A stretch of DNA of 64,000 nucleotides from Planctomycetota bacterium (lineage in GTDB: Bacteria; Planctomycetota; UBA1135; UBA2386), in contig OZ245006.1 in assembly GCA_965223545.1 (NCBI GenBank), forward strand, positions 6,304,001 through 6,368,000, given 5' to 3'. Every line of letters starts with the position of its first letter. Position 1 is the first letter of the stretch. Positions 1 through 9,937 of the stretch are shown here, one piece after another. A program made the translations under genes and the position numbers. The notes beneath the pieces were generated by a model. It did not search any database. It saw only the letters and a list, made by a program, of their open reading frames with translations, and was not told the DNA's origin.

Positions 1-2
1 GT

Positions 3-1922
3 GTCACCGAGAGCCGCGCGCTGTTCGGTCTGTGGCCGCATCCGGCGGGCGAGGTCGCCCGCGGTGGTGTGTTCGTGCACCGCGGGCACTTCGCCCAGTT
101 TGCCAACCTCGCGACCGGCGCCGCCGCGGGCCTGCTGCTGGCGCGTCTCGTCGGTGCGATGCAGCCCAGCGACCGCCGCATCGAGGGCGCCTGGTCGGCG
201 CTGCGGGCGCGGGCCGACGGCGCGGATCGCGCGCTGCTGTTGGCGATCGTGCTGGGGATCGTCGCGGTGGCGCTGTCGCACTCGCGCAACGGTGTGCTCT
301 CGCTGGTCGTCGCCGCGCTGGCGGTCGCGTTCGCGATGCAGCGCTCAGGCTTCCTGCGCGGCATCGGCTGGCCGCTCGCCGGGCTTGCGGTGGTCGCCGG
401 CGCGCTCCTGTGGTTGGTCGGTTTCGATCCGGTCTACGAACGGCTGTCGACGCTGCAGGATCCGGTGGCCGCGGCCAGCGGGCGGCTGGCGCTGTTGCGC
501 GACGCGCTTTCCCTGTCGTCGCTCTCGCCGTGGGTGGGGGTGGGCCTCGGCGCCTTCGGCCTCGCGTTTCCGCCATTCGACACGAGCACGCGGCCGGGCA
601 CCGCCGAGCACGCGGAGAACCAGTACGTCGAGATCTTGTGTGAAGTGGGTTGGGTCGGCGCCGCGCTGCTGGCGGCGGTGCTGGTGGCCGCGCTGCTCGG
701 CTTCCAACGCGTGCGGCGTGGCTCCGCCGTGGCCGCCGGCATGGCCTACGGCATCGGCTTCGGTTTGGCTGCGGTGTTGTTGCACGCGCTCACCGATTTC
801 GGGCTGCGCGTTCCCGCGGTGGCGCTGGTGACCACGCTGTTCGTTGGCTTGCTGCTGGGCGGCGCGGCCCGCCCGCACACCGGCGAGCGGGGCACGCGGA
901 TCGCCGGCGTCGGCCTGCTGGCGGCGGCGATCGGCATCGCCGCGATGTTGCCTGCGGCCTGGGACGAGGCGCGCGCCGAACGCGCGTGGCGCGCGGCGCG
1001 GGTGCTGCACGAGCAGCTGGCGCCGCCCGACTTCCTCGCCCCGGTCGCCGAGCTGGACCGTCTGTTGGCACACGCCGACGCGGCGGCGGCGCGTTCCGAG
1101 CGGGTGGATGTCGGCTATTGGCGGGCGGCGCACGGTTGGCATCGGGCAGTCGCGCTCGCCGTCGACTTCGCGGCTGGCGACGAGCTACCGGAAGTGCCGG
1201 ACACACCGGAACTGCGCCGCGCCGCCGCCGACGCCCAGCGCGCGCTGGCCGAGGTGCGGCGCCGGGCGCCGACGCACGGGCCATCGCTGTCGTTGATCGG
1301 CCAGCTCGGTGTGCAGTGGCTGGATGATCCCGCGGCGGGCCGGCACGTCCTGCGCGCGCGTGCCCTGTGGCCGCACGATCCCGGCGTCTGCGCCGCGGCT
1401 GGCGAGCAGCGACTGCGCGACGGCGATCTCGCCGGCGCGGTCGCCGACTACCGGCGGGCGCTGGCGGTCGGCGCCGATTGGGACGCGATGCTCTTCGCGT
1501 TGCTCGATGACTTGCACCGGCCCGACGTCGCGCGGTTGGTGGCAGCCGGCGATGCCCGCCGGTTGTTGCGGCTGGAATACTGGTGGTCGCGGGCGGGCGA
1601 CGCCGAGGTGGCGGTGTCCGAAGAGCTGCGCGCCGAGGTGCGGGCCGAGGCGTTGGGGCTGGTGCGCGCCGGGTGCGAAGACGCGCATCCGCCGTCCTGG
1701 ATGCTGGCTGCGGCGGCGCAGCTATCGGAGGACATCGCGCCGCGAGAGGCGGTGGACTACTACCGGCGCTACTTCGCGCGGGAGCCGTCGAGCGCGTTGC
1801 GCATTCGGCTGGCGGGTCTGCTCGAGCGGCTGGGGGAAGGGGAAGAGGCGCGGGCGGAGGCGCGGCGGTTGCTGCGGTTTCACCCGGGGCATCGGGGCGC
1901 GCGGGCGATGCTGCGGGAGTGA
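3..1922 (+). CDS. O-antigen ligase (Wzy_C)-like membrane protein with C-terminal TPR-like helical region, 5'-truncated
   Basis: Frame is open from the window edge; many TM helices; 'GVGLGAF' and 'HAENQYVE' motifs typical of the O-antigen ligase family; helical repeat C-terminus. Confidence 0.75.
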   Translation, partial: VTESRALFGLWPHPAGEVARGGVFVHRGHFAQFANLATGAAAGLLLARLVGAMQPSDRRIEGAWSALRARADGADRALLLAIVLGIVAVALSHSRNGVLSLVVAALAVAFAMQRSGFLRGIGWPLAGLAVVAGALLWLVGFDPVYERLSTLQDPVAAASGRLALLRDALSLSSLSPWVGVGLGAFGLAFPPFDTSTRPGTAEHAENQYVEILCEVGWVGAALLAAVLVAALLGFQRVRRGSAVAAGMAYGIGFGLAAVLLHALTDFGLRVPAVALVTTLFVGLLLGGAARPHTGERGTRIAGVGLLAAAIGIAAMLPAAWDEARAERAWRAARVLHEQLAPPDFLAPVAELDRLLAHADAAAARSERVDVGYWRAAHGWHRAVALAVDFAAGDELPEVPDTPELRRAAADAQRALAEVRRRAPTHGPSLSLIGQLGVQWLDDPAAGRHVLRARALWPHDPGVCAAAGEQRLRDGDLAGAVADYRRALAVGADWDAMLFALLDDLHRPDVARLVAAGDARRLLRLEYWWSRAGDAEVAVSEELRAEVRAEALGLVRAGCEDAHPPSWMLAAAAQLSEDIAPREAVDYYRRYFAREPSSALRIRLAGLLERLGEGEEARAEARRLLRFHPGHRGARAMLRE

Positions 1923-1928
1923 TTTGGG

Positions 1929-2230
1929 CGCGGTCGCGCGACCCGGCGTGTCGATGAGCGTGACGCGAGAGTTGATCGCGGTGAGCGGTGGGCCAGCACT
2001 GGGGAAGAACGAGCCGAGGCCTGAGTAGCTGAAGACGGTCAGGCTGTTTCGTAGCGCCGACCTCGCCGGAATTGCTCGAGGCAGAGCCCGCCCCCGGCAC
2101 GGCGAATCAGCTCGGGCTTTCCGGTAGTTGCCGGTGGGAGTGGCGAAAAAACTCAGAAAGAGGGAGACGGCCAAGCTCCAAAGACGAACTCCGATCTCCG
2201 AGCAACCAAGTCCGATTCCCCTGGAGTTCG
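1929..2230. repeat. String of intergenic hairpin modules at the left edge of island 1
   Basis: Inverted repeats by eye: cgcggtcg/tgatcgcg, gcctga/tcaggc, agagcccg/cgggcttt, cgaactcc/ggagttcg. Confidence 0.4.
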
Positions 2231-2268
2231 TAGTGTTGAGAGCATCCCCCCCTAGCAGCCCATCTGTT

Positions 2269-4506
2269 GTGAACGGTTCCGGCACGCATGCTAGATTGTC
2301 TCGAGTGGTACTAGCCGTCCTGCTATCTGGCTCAAGTCACGGCGTGTTATCAGCGCAGCATCTGCCAGGGGCAGCCCTCGAACTCGAACGCGGTATGTGG
2401 AAGACCACGTCGATTCGCGTCGGTGGACCACGCGATGCCGTCGCATCGAGTCTCACATTGGAATGCGCAATGAGCGGCAGCGAAGACGATCTCCAGGTGG
2501 ACTTCCGAGGTCAGCCCGGCACACTGTGGGGCGCGAGTATCGGGGGGAGCGAAGCTAGTGCAGCGGCTCCGGCGCAGCAAGCATCGGTAATGATCGAGCT
2601 TCCGAGACAATGGCCGAGAAACAGCGAAACCTGGCTACACATCAGTCGATCTTCATCGCCCCCGTTGCGCTACTTCCCGGATCCCTCTGCCTGGTCCGGT
2701 CCCGAGCGGATGCGGACGCTGCAGCCCGCAGTTCCGAACTGTCAAGGTAATTACCATGGTCTTGGAGCGTGGCGGGCTCAGGATGGCGATGGTGGCGATG
2801 CCAATCTGACGATTCACTACAAGTCCGTGCCGGGACAGCCACCAGAAGCTCGCTTCTGTTTCACCTGGATCTCCAGCCAAGGAATCCATTTCACTTCCCG
2901 ACCGGCCGCAGATGTCGCCCTTCCCTCCGGCGGGTGGACTCCGGATTTCCCTCCCGGATATCCGGCGACGGCCTTCAACCCGATTGCAACACTGCCCCCA
3001 ATGGGGAGCTTCCCTGGGAGCATCGCGAGTGACTGGGTGGATACTCCATTCACGCTTCAGCGGCCCGACAGCGACCAGATCTTGATTATGAACTCGGTGT
3101 TCCCCGGGACGGTGCCTGAGCTGCCATGGGTGGCTCCAGGAAGTGCCGAAGGCGCTCTCCAGCGATCGATATCGAACTCACAGGGGTTTCCCACCCAGAC
3201 GTCCCTGTGGACACGCTATCTCGGGGAGCCGACGATTGGCTCCGCCCGAAGTGTCTCGGGAGTCGAGGGTGGGTGGAACAGCGGCTACAAAGAGTCCTTC
3301 GGGGCGCAAGGCCATCATTTTGATGGGGGGATCAACGAGGCTGGTGGGGCGTTCTATGACCCCGATCTCGATGGTCCGAACAAGTACGTGTTCTTCTACG
3401 GAACCAAGGGTTCTGTGTCCGTTAACTCGGCGATTACAATTTCGTCGTTCGTGCTCACGTGGACGACAAACCCGTGTAATGCAGAGATTAGGGCGGTACT
3501 TGCAAATCCAACGAGTCAAAACCTAAGCAAGGGTGACCGTATCAATGTATCGGGAGTGCTCGATGGCGCACAGAATTTGATCCCCGAGTACAATGGGTCG
3601 CACATTATCTCCGACTTGACGGCAACGGGAGTCGGCCCCAATCGTCTCGTGCACGATGTAACCTACCTTGTTAGCTGTCCACCAACAATCGCGATCGGAA
3701 GCGCCGCAGCGTCGGCGACGATCGCACGCGCGGATATTAGATACGCGGTAGGGCGTGCGACATGCGCCGATCCATTTTCTAGCGCGGCCCCGGTCTTCAC
3801 TCGGACACCATCGACGAACTTCGTGTACGCTCCCATAGGAAAAGCTGGGTTCGGAACGTGGCCGGGTGTGCTTCACCCCTATGTGTTTCCGCACTCAAGC
3901 GGAACGTATCATATGTTAGCACTTGGTCGTTCTTCTTCGTCCGATGCGACGACGGGGATCGGGCATTGGTATTCCGAGGACAAAGGGTTGACCTGGATCT
4001 TTGACAAGGTTCTCGTTGATGTTGATTTGTTGCACCCTGTGGCACCCGCCCCGAAGAATCGGAATCCGAATACGCCAAACAAATTAGGAGAGCTCCTCTA
4101 TTTCAACAATGTTCTAGGATCGCCCAGTGGCTTGTTCCATACTGTTAACGGTATCGAGTATGTATATGTTTGTTTCGATGCCGCCGGACCCCTTTGGCCT
4201 GAGTGGAGCATCGCCTCGATCACTCGTCAGTCTGGGTCGGTGTACAAAGTCACTCTCAATCCTTATGCGCCTTGTCGTGAGTTCGTCAATGGCGATAGTG
4301 TTGTAATTGAAGGCACGATCGGGAATCAGTTCGATGGCAACTATACGGTTGGTGGGTTCAATGCAGCGGCCGCAAGTTTCTTGATTAGCGTAGCGGGCCT
4401 TCCTCCGGATCAGTTGGCCGGCGGCACCGCTTCCTACGGTCGGCAATGGGGCAGGGGAAACCCCGGCGTAGGGTTTTATGTCATGCGGGCGTCGACCGGA
4501 TTCTGA
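2269..4506 (+). CDS. Secreted hypothetical protein with Asp-box/beta-propeller-like region and two inserted small beta domains
   Basis: Long ORF (track 2128..4506); signal-peptide-like segment after GTG 2269; 'YSEDKGLTW' Asp-box; lower-GC codon usage; start uncertain. Confidence 0.6.
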   Translation: MNGSGTHARLSRVVLAVLLSGSSHGVLSAQHLPGAALELERGMWKTTSIRVGGPRDAVASSLTLECAMSGSEDDLQVDFRGQPGTLWGASIGGSEASAAAPAQQASVMIELPRQWPRNSETWLHISRSSSPPLRYFPDPSAWSGPERMRTLQPAVPNCQGNYHGLGAWRAQDGDGGDANLTIHYKSVPGQPPEARFCFTWISSQGIHFTSRPAADVALPSGGWTPDFPPGYPATAFNPIATLPPMGSFPGSIASDWVDTPFTLQRPDSDQILIMNSVFPGTVPELPWVAPGSAEGALQRSISNSQGFPTQTSLWTRYLGEPTIGSARSVSGVEGGWNSGYKESFGAQGHHFDGGINEAGGAFYDPDLDGPNKYVFFYGTKGSVSVNSAITISSFVLTWTTNPCNAEIRAVLANPTSQNLSKGDRINVSGVLDGAQNLIPEYNGSHIISDLTATGVGPNRLVHDVTYLVSCPPTIAIGSAAASATIARADIRYAVGRATCADPFSSAAPVFTRTPSTNFVYAPIGKAGFGTWPGVLHPYVFPHSSGTYHMLALGRSSSSDATTGIGHWYSEDKGLTWIFDKVLVDVDLLHPVAPAPKNRNPNTPNKLGELLYFNNVLGSPSGLFHTVNGIEYVYVCFDAAGPLWPEWSIASITRQSGSVYKVTLNPYAPCREFVNGDSVVIEGTIGNQFDGNYTVGGFNAAAASFLISVAGLPPDQLAGGTASYGRQWGRGNPGVGFYVMRASTGF

Positions 4507-4567
4507 CCGTCTCTGGGGAATGGGCGATGAGTGGTGCTTCGACTGAGGTCCTGATTTTGAAGTCGAA

Positions 4568-6577
4568 ATGGTGAGACCGAAGAGCGATCGTCACAGTGAT
4601 CTGTTTCTTCGATTCCGCGAAACAGCAGACGCGGACGCGTTTCAGGAGTTGGTTCAGGTCACGACGCCTCGGCTCGTGGGAATCGCGCGGAGAATGGGTG
4701 TAGAAGGTGGCGATGTCGACGATATCGTGCAGGAAACGTATATGGCAGCATGTCGATTTGCTACCCGTTACGATCCGTCGAAACGAGTTTCTGATTGGCT
4801 CTGCGGGATCCTTTTCAAGAAAATAGCAGATCTACATCGTCGTCGAGGCCGCAGAATCAAGCGGGGCTGTCTCGTAGATGTGGCCTCGGCAGATCCTACG
4901 ATGGAGCTTGAGGTTCGAGAGGTTCAATCGGTTCTCCAAGAAACACTCAGTCGATTGCCGCCGACGAACCGTCAGCTGTTGCGAATGTATTTTCTTGAGC
5001 AGATGACTGCGGAGAGCATCGCTCGCCGTTATGGCAAGAAGCCGAGTACGGTTCGCTCCCAGATTCAGAGGAGTATCGCAAAGTTGCGCAAGAAACTGCC
5101 TCGAGACTTGACCCTGGCGTTATTCGGAGCATGGCCCATCTCGCGCCTACCGGGCCAATCTAGATTGTTGCGCGGCGCTACCAGAGCTGTCGTTGACTCG
5201 GCAAAACTTGGCGCGCATGTGGGCGCCTTGCAGGCGAAACTCTTGACGTTTGGCGTTGCGGGACTCTCGATTGGAGTTTGCGTGGTCCTAGCGTTCTCTC
5301 GTGGATCTCGGGTTGCGGCGCCTATGGGCGCTGCCGTCGCGAATGTTCCATCTCCTGGGTTCGAGCCTGATTTGTTGATAGGTGAAAAACTCGACAGTGC
5401 ACGATTGTCTGCTGAGCCAACTGTGGAGGATGAAGCGGATCGTGTGCAGAGTGCTAGGGCTTGGATTCGGTTGGTTGATGCTTCGACGAACGCAGGAGTG
5501 CCTTTCTCAACGTTCGGGGTTGAATTGGTGGCCACGGAATCTCCGTCGGCGCCGCATACGTTGTTTGAAAGTATTCGCACGTCGTCGACAGATGCGAACG
5601 GCGTAGCATGGTTGAATCCCAGACCGAGAGATCGGTTTCGGTTGCGGTACAATGAGGATGTGGTCAGCGATCCGTTAGAATTGGCAGGTGACAGCGGGAG
5701 AACAGTGTTTGTTGACGAAGCACATTTGTTGGTTGGAATCGTGCGAGACGAGTTCGGAGCCGTGGTGGCCGATGCTGAGATATGTTCTGCGCTTACTATG
5801 GCGAGTCCAGATCCTGTTCTTCTCGCGACTACTGACCGGAGTGGTTGTTTTGCATTGTCGATAATTCAAGGTCGTCGGTCGGTGCTTTGGGCTCGACTCA
5901 AAGGGAAGGCCTGCTCGGAAGAACTGGTTGTGACGCCGTCTCAAACGCAGCAAGCGATCGAGCTCGTCGTCCATCCTGCCGATCTGTCGCTACGCGGAAC
6001 GGTGTGGACTAATGCTGGGCGACCTGCCGAGGGTGTGCGCGTTGTGATGCACCCGAAGGACAGAAAGACCCGTTTGCCGACATCTAGTACTTGGAGCCGT
6101 CCGGGGGGAGCGTTTCTGGCAGACGGACTCGTACGAGGGGAGTATTCTCTCGTCGTCTTGGCGAAAGATGGCTCACATGCTTATCGAGAAGTTACAGTTC
6201 CGTACGAGGGAGGATCGCTAGAAGTAGAAATGGACTCGGGATGTGCCGTCTCTGGGCGATTGGGTGCGGGGTTCGGTCGCCCATGGAGTGACTACGTTGT
6301 GCTTGCTATGCCGACTGCAAAATTTTGGTTGGCAAGGTTCTTCGCCCGGTTCGCTGATGTGGGAGGTGATGGTAGTTTCGAATTGGCGGGCGTGCCGCGC
6401 GGGCCAATTCTGTTCAGGGTGCTGGAGAGGGCAACGGCGCGCGTGTGTTCCACCGAGACTTTTGACATCAATGACTTTGCTGTCGTGATTCCGGAGCCGG
6501 ATGAGCACAAGTCAGACTTGGATATCGGGCCATGGATACTGTCGATTCTGCACCGCCCGTCCGGAGAGGGATGGTAG
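4568..6577 (+). CDS. ECF sigma-70 factor with TM helix and C-terminal carboxypeptidase-regulatory-like (Ig/prealbumin) extension
   Basis: Sigma2 'DVDDIVQETY...WLCGI', sigma4 'LPPTNRQLL...TVRSQIQR', TM 'FGVAGLSIGVCVVLAF', repeated 'GxVxD/N...GxF' modules. Confidence 0.85.
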   Translation: MVRPKSDRHSDLFLRFRETADADAFQELVQVTTPRLVGIARRMGVEGGDVDDIVQETYMAACRFATRYDPSKRVSDWLCGILFKKIADLHRRRGRRIKRGCLVDVASADPTMELEVREVQSVLQETLSRLPPTNRQLLRMYFLEQMTAESIARRYGKKPSTVRSQIQRSIAKLRKKLPRDLTLALFGAWPISRLPGQSRLLRGATRAVVDSAKLGAHVGALQAKLLTFGVAGLSIGVCVVLAFSRGSRVAAPMGAAVANVPSPGFEPDLLIGEKLDSARLSAEPTVEDEADRVQSARAWIRLVDASTNAGVPFSTFGVELVATESPSAPHTLFESIRTSSTDANGVAWLNPRPRDRFRLRYNEDVVSDPLELAGDSGRTVFVDEAHLLVGIVRDEFGAVVADAEICSALTMASPDPVLLATTDRSGCFALSIIQGRRSVLWARLKGKACSEELVVTPSQTQQAIELVVHPADLSLRGTVWTNAGRPAEGVRVVMHPKDRKTRLPTSSTWSRPGGAFLADGLVRGEYSLVVLAKDGSHAYREVTVPYEGGSLEVEMDSGCAVSGRLGAGFGRPWSDYVVLAMPTAKFWLARFFARFADVGGDGSFELAGVPRGPILFRVLERATARVCSTETFDINDFAVVIPEPDEHKSDLDIGPWILSILHRPSGEGW

Positions 6578-6589
6578 AATGCAGTTTCC

Positions 6590-7181
6590 GGACCTCGAGG
6601 ATGCTTCGGGAGGTTCGAGCTGAGAGCTTCGACGAGGGTCAGAAGCCAGTCGAGCGCCGTATGCCTCCGGTGCCTCGAATCGTCGAGCGGCGACAACATT
6701 CTCGAGGCAACGCCGCTGCCGCGCCGGAGGTTCGGGGAGACAGTGCCTCTGGGCTCAGCCCGGCGGCGGATGTGTTGGACCTTCCAAGCCGCGCCGGCAA
6801 GAGCGGCATCCGAGTTTGCGGCCTCGGCCGCGCTGAGCAAGGCCCGGTGGCCGAGACATTTCCATCGGAGCATCACGACCGAGGCGCAGAACGAAGTCGT
6901 GCAGCAGCAGCAAGTGCGGCAGCCGCCACGACGATGCCGGGCGGAGAGCTTGCGTGGCACGTTCGAGACCGAGCGATCGAGCGGTTTCGACGAACCTGTT
7001 TTCCACGCGCGCGACGAAGCGCTTCGGATAGCCACGAGTAGATCGAGACTCTCTACAACCGTGATCGATGCCGGAACCATTGGTGACGTCAGCCCGGCCG
7101 AGGTTGAATCTCGTTACAACGGAGTGTCCGACCAGCACGCGGAGCGGATTCGGCGACTGCGCGGCAAGCGGAAAGGCCGGG
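6590..7181. repeat. Array of hairpin modules at the right edge of island 1, including one diverged copy (about 6664-6838) of the 195-bp repeat unit
   Basis: cctccggtgc/gcgccggagg, gctcagcccggc/gccgcgctgagc, gcccggt/gccgggc, gcgtgg/ccacgc, cccggcc/ggccggg; shares 'gcgacaacattctcgaggc' and 'cggcatccgagtttg' with 22.7-22.9 kb. Confidence 0.75.
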
Positions 7182-8162
7182 TCAGACTCCGTGCTTCCGC
7201 GAGAAGGCAAGTGGTGGGTCTTGCTGCATGGTTCGCAGGGATGCGGCGAGCGCGGCGGATGGGTTGGCGGCGCGCCAGTCGGAGGCGGCGCGTGGGCCGC
7301 GCTCGTGCAGTGCGGCGCGCACCGGTGGTGTGCGCGTGACGGCGAGGATCAAGTCGGCGAATCGGTCGGCGTTGCCGGGCGCGCCGAGCAGCGCCGCGCG
7401 GTGTGCGGCGAGGTGGCGGTGCGCGACCGTGTCGCTGAGGATGCACGGCAGGCCACAGGCCATCGCCTCGATTGGGGCGAGGGACCACGGGCCGGCCCCG
7501 CGCGCGCAGCTGACGAACACGTCGGCTTGGCGAAAGAGCGCGCCGCGGCGCGGCGCACTCGGTGCGTTGTGGTACTCGACGAGAAACGGCGGGGTCGCGG
7601 TGTCGACGGGGGGGTCGGTGGCCATCAGGCGAACCAGCGAGAGAGGTTGGCCACGGCGCGCGGCGTGCCTGCAGGCCGCCATGGCGGTGGCGACGTCGTC
7701 AGCGACCCGGTTGTCGTCGCCGACGACGACGATTCGAGGCGTGGTGCCCAGGGCCTCGGTCGGGTCTTCATAGCCCGGGTGGAAGTCGCGCGGGTCGGGT
7801 GCCGGTGTGTGCACAGCGGCGCCGGCGCGGCGCCAGGCCGACGCAACGTCGGGATCGGCGGTGATGATGGCGATGCCGGCGGCTTGGATCGAGGCAGCCG
7901 CAGCGGTTCCGTCGGGCGCGGCGCTTGCGCTCCACAGCGCGACGGGGGCGAGCGCCAGCTCGGCGGCGGCGACCGCGGTCTGCCAGTCGTCGGCGAGCAC
8001 CAGGTCGGGCGAGGGCGCGTCCGACAAGGCACCGGCGAGCACCTCGACACCGGCGGTGCCCTCGCAGGCGGTCAGTGCCACGCCGTGGTCTTCCAACCCG
8101 AGCACGGGCGCCTGGCGCGCGGCGTCCGGGCCGTGCGCGCCTCGCAGGTAGACGATGTTCAA
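7182..8162 (-). CDS. Glycosyltransferase family 4 (GT-B)
   Basis: 'ADVFV...SLAPIEAMACGLPCILSD' signature. Confidence 0.8.
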   Translation of the reverse strand: MNIVYLRGAHGPDAARQAPVLGLEDHGVALTACEGTAGVEVLAGALSDAPSPDLVLADDWQTAVAAAELALAPVALWSASAAPDGTAAAASIQAAGIAIITADPDVASAWRRAGAAVHTPAPDPRDFHPGYEDPTEALGTTPRIVVVGDDNRVADDVATAMAACRHAARRGQPLSLVRLMATDPPVDTATPPFLVEYHNAPSAPRRGALFRQADVFVSCARGAGPWSLAPIEAMACGLPCILSDTVAHRHLAAHRAALLGAPGNADRFADLILAVTRTPPVRAALHERGPRAASDWRAANPSAALAASLRTMQQDPPLAFSRKHGV

Positions 8163-8278
8163 TGGGCCTCCCCCCGTCCACGGCGGGTCCGTTCCAGTGG
8201 CTTGATCGGTCTTCCGTCGGCCGGACTTGGGCGCTAAACATCGCTGCTGTCCGGGCGCCCGACGCTCCGCACCGCCGC

Positions 8279-9208
8279 GTGAACCTCCTCATCCGTCTCA
8301 TTCCGCCGCCCTTGGTGCGCCTCTTCGCACGGCCGTACGTGGCCGGGGACTCGCTCGAGGCGGCGTTGGTAGTGGCGGAACGGCTGCTCGCCGAGCGCGG
8401 CCTGTGCACCACGCTGGACCTGCTGGCGGAGGACATCGAGGCGCCGGCGATGGTGCAGCGCAACCTCGATACCTATCTCCAGATGGTGGACGCGGTTGCG
8501 GACGCCGCACGGTTTCCGGACCCGGCCACGCGCCCGAGTCTGTCGCTGAAGCCGTCGAGCTACACGACGGCGCCGCTCGACGACGGGGGCGATGCGGAGG
8601 GAGCCCGCGAGGCGCTGTTTCGCATCGCCGACCACGCGGCGAGTGCCCAGGTGCCGCTGACCATCGACATGGAGGGGCGCGCCTGGACCGACTTCACCCT
8701 GGACGTGCTCGAGGATCTGGACCGCAGCGGCTATCGGGACGTCGGCTGCGTGCTGCAGACGCGGCTGCATCGCACGGAGGCGGATTTGGACCGGCTGCCG
8801 CCGGCGTGTCGGGTGCGGCTGGTGATCGGCATCTACCGCGAGCCCGAAGAGGTGGCGATCACCGACAAGCCGCGGATGAAGCAGCGGCTGCTGGACTACG
8901 GCGAGCGGCTGCTGCGCGCCGGGCACTACGTCGAGCTGGCGACCCACGACGAGCGCATCGTGCGCGCCTTCGTCGGCGAGGTCGTGCCCAGGGTCGGCGC
9001 CGACCCGAGCCGCTACGAGATCCAGATGCTTTACGGTGTGCCGCGCAACAAGCTGCTGCAGGAGCTCGTCGGGGCCGGGATCCGGGCCCGGTTGTACGTC
9101 CCGTTCGCGCTGAGTTGGCCGCAGGCGATCCGCTATCTGCGGCGCCGGCTGGACGAGTACCCGGCGATGATCTGGCTGGTGTGCAAGAACATGCTCCTGC
9201 GCCGGTAG
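8279..9208 (+). CDS. Proline dehydrogenase (monofunctional)
   Basis: 'FARPYVAG', 'TIDME', 'ELATHD', 'EIQMLYG', 'YVPFA...YLRRRLDE' motifs; GTG start at 8279 inferred. Confidence 0.85.
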   Translation: MNLLIRLIPPPLVRLFARPYVAGDSLEAALVVAERLLAERGLCTTLDLLAEDIEAPAMVQRNLDTYLQMVDAVADAARFPDPATRPSLSLKPSSYTTAPLDDGGDAEGAREALFRIADHAASAQVPLTIDMEGRAWTDFTLDVLEDLDRSGYRDVGCVLQTRLHRTEADLDRLPPACRVRLVIGIYREPEEVAITDKPRMKQRLLDYGERLLRAGHYVELATHDERIVRAFVGEVVPRVGADPSRYEIQMLYGVPRNKLLQELVGAGIRARLYVPFALSWPQAIRYLRRRLDEYPAMIWLVCKNMLLRR

Positions 9209-9325
9209 CTCTGATCGGCGCCGTTCACAACCACCCTTGGCAACGCTACTTGTGATCGCCCGATTCGGATTCCCCGGGTCGGACGAGCGCTGCCGGGCGG
9301 GGTTCGCTATACTGTGGGCCTGATT

Positions 9326-9649
9326 ATGGAAGCACTAGGAACCATCGTAGAGCGCCTCTGCGCCTGGAAAGACGTGACCCGCGAGGATCAGTCCGGCAAG
9401 GACAGCTTTTTCGTCCGCGGGCAGATCTTCGCGTATCTGGGCAAGAAGGGCGTGGTTGTGAAGCTGGCTCCGCCGCAGGTGACCGAGGCCTTGAAGATTC
9501 CCGGCGCCAAGCGGCAGCCCGACGACGGCGATCCGCACTCGCGCGAGTTCGTCGAGATCCCGGTCACCGGGCCGCGCGAAGTCGAACGCGCGATGATGTG
9601 GTTGCGGCGCGCATGCCGGCTCGGCCGGACCGCCGCTGGACCGGTCTGA
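9326..9649 (+). CDS. Small hypothetical protein (TfoX/YjbR-like fold possible)
   Basis: Compact ORF with host-like codon usage; 'FFVRGQIFAYL...VVVKL' pattern; TATACT at 9308-9313 upstream. Confidence 0.55.
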   Translation: MEALGTIVERLCAWKDVTREDQSGKDSFFVRGQIFAYLGKKGVVVKLAPPQVTEALKIPGAKRQPDDGDPHSREFVEIPVTGPREVERAMMWLRRACRLGRTAAGPV

Positions 9650-9937
9650 GACCCCTTTCCCGGGGTTCGCGGCCCCGGCCCCGCAGGAAATCTCGGACTG
9701 TGCCCCACAACTGGGGCGCATCTCCCGCGCGGCCTCCGGCGCTGACCGGTTGCCTGTTCGGCGGTGTGGACTACGAATGAACGGGTCCTCGACCGGGCAT
9801 CGGCCGCCGTTCTGGCACCCGGCCGGCGCTGGCTTCAGCCCGCGACCTGCCCCGAGGTGAGGGTCACGGCAGCGGCGCCCGACGGGACCCTTAGGGCTAC
9901 ACTTTGCCTGGCGCCACCCTCATCCCCGACGATCGAC

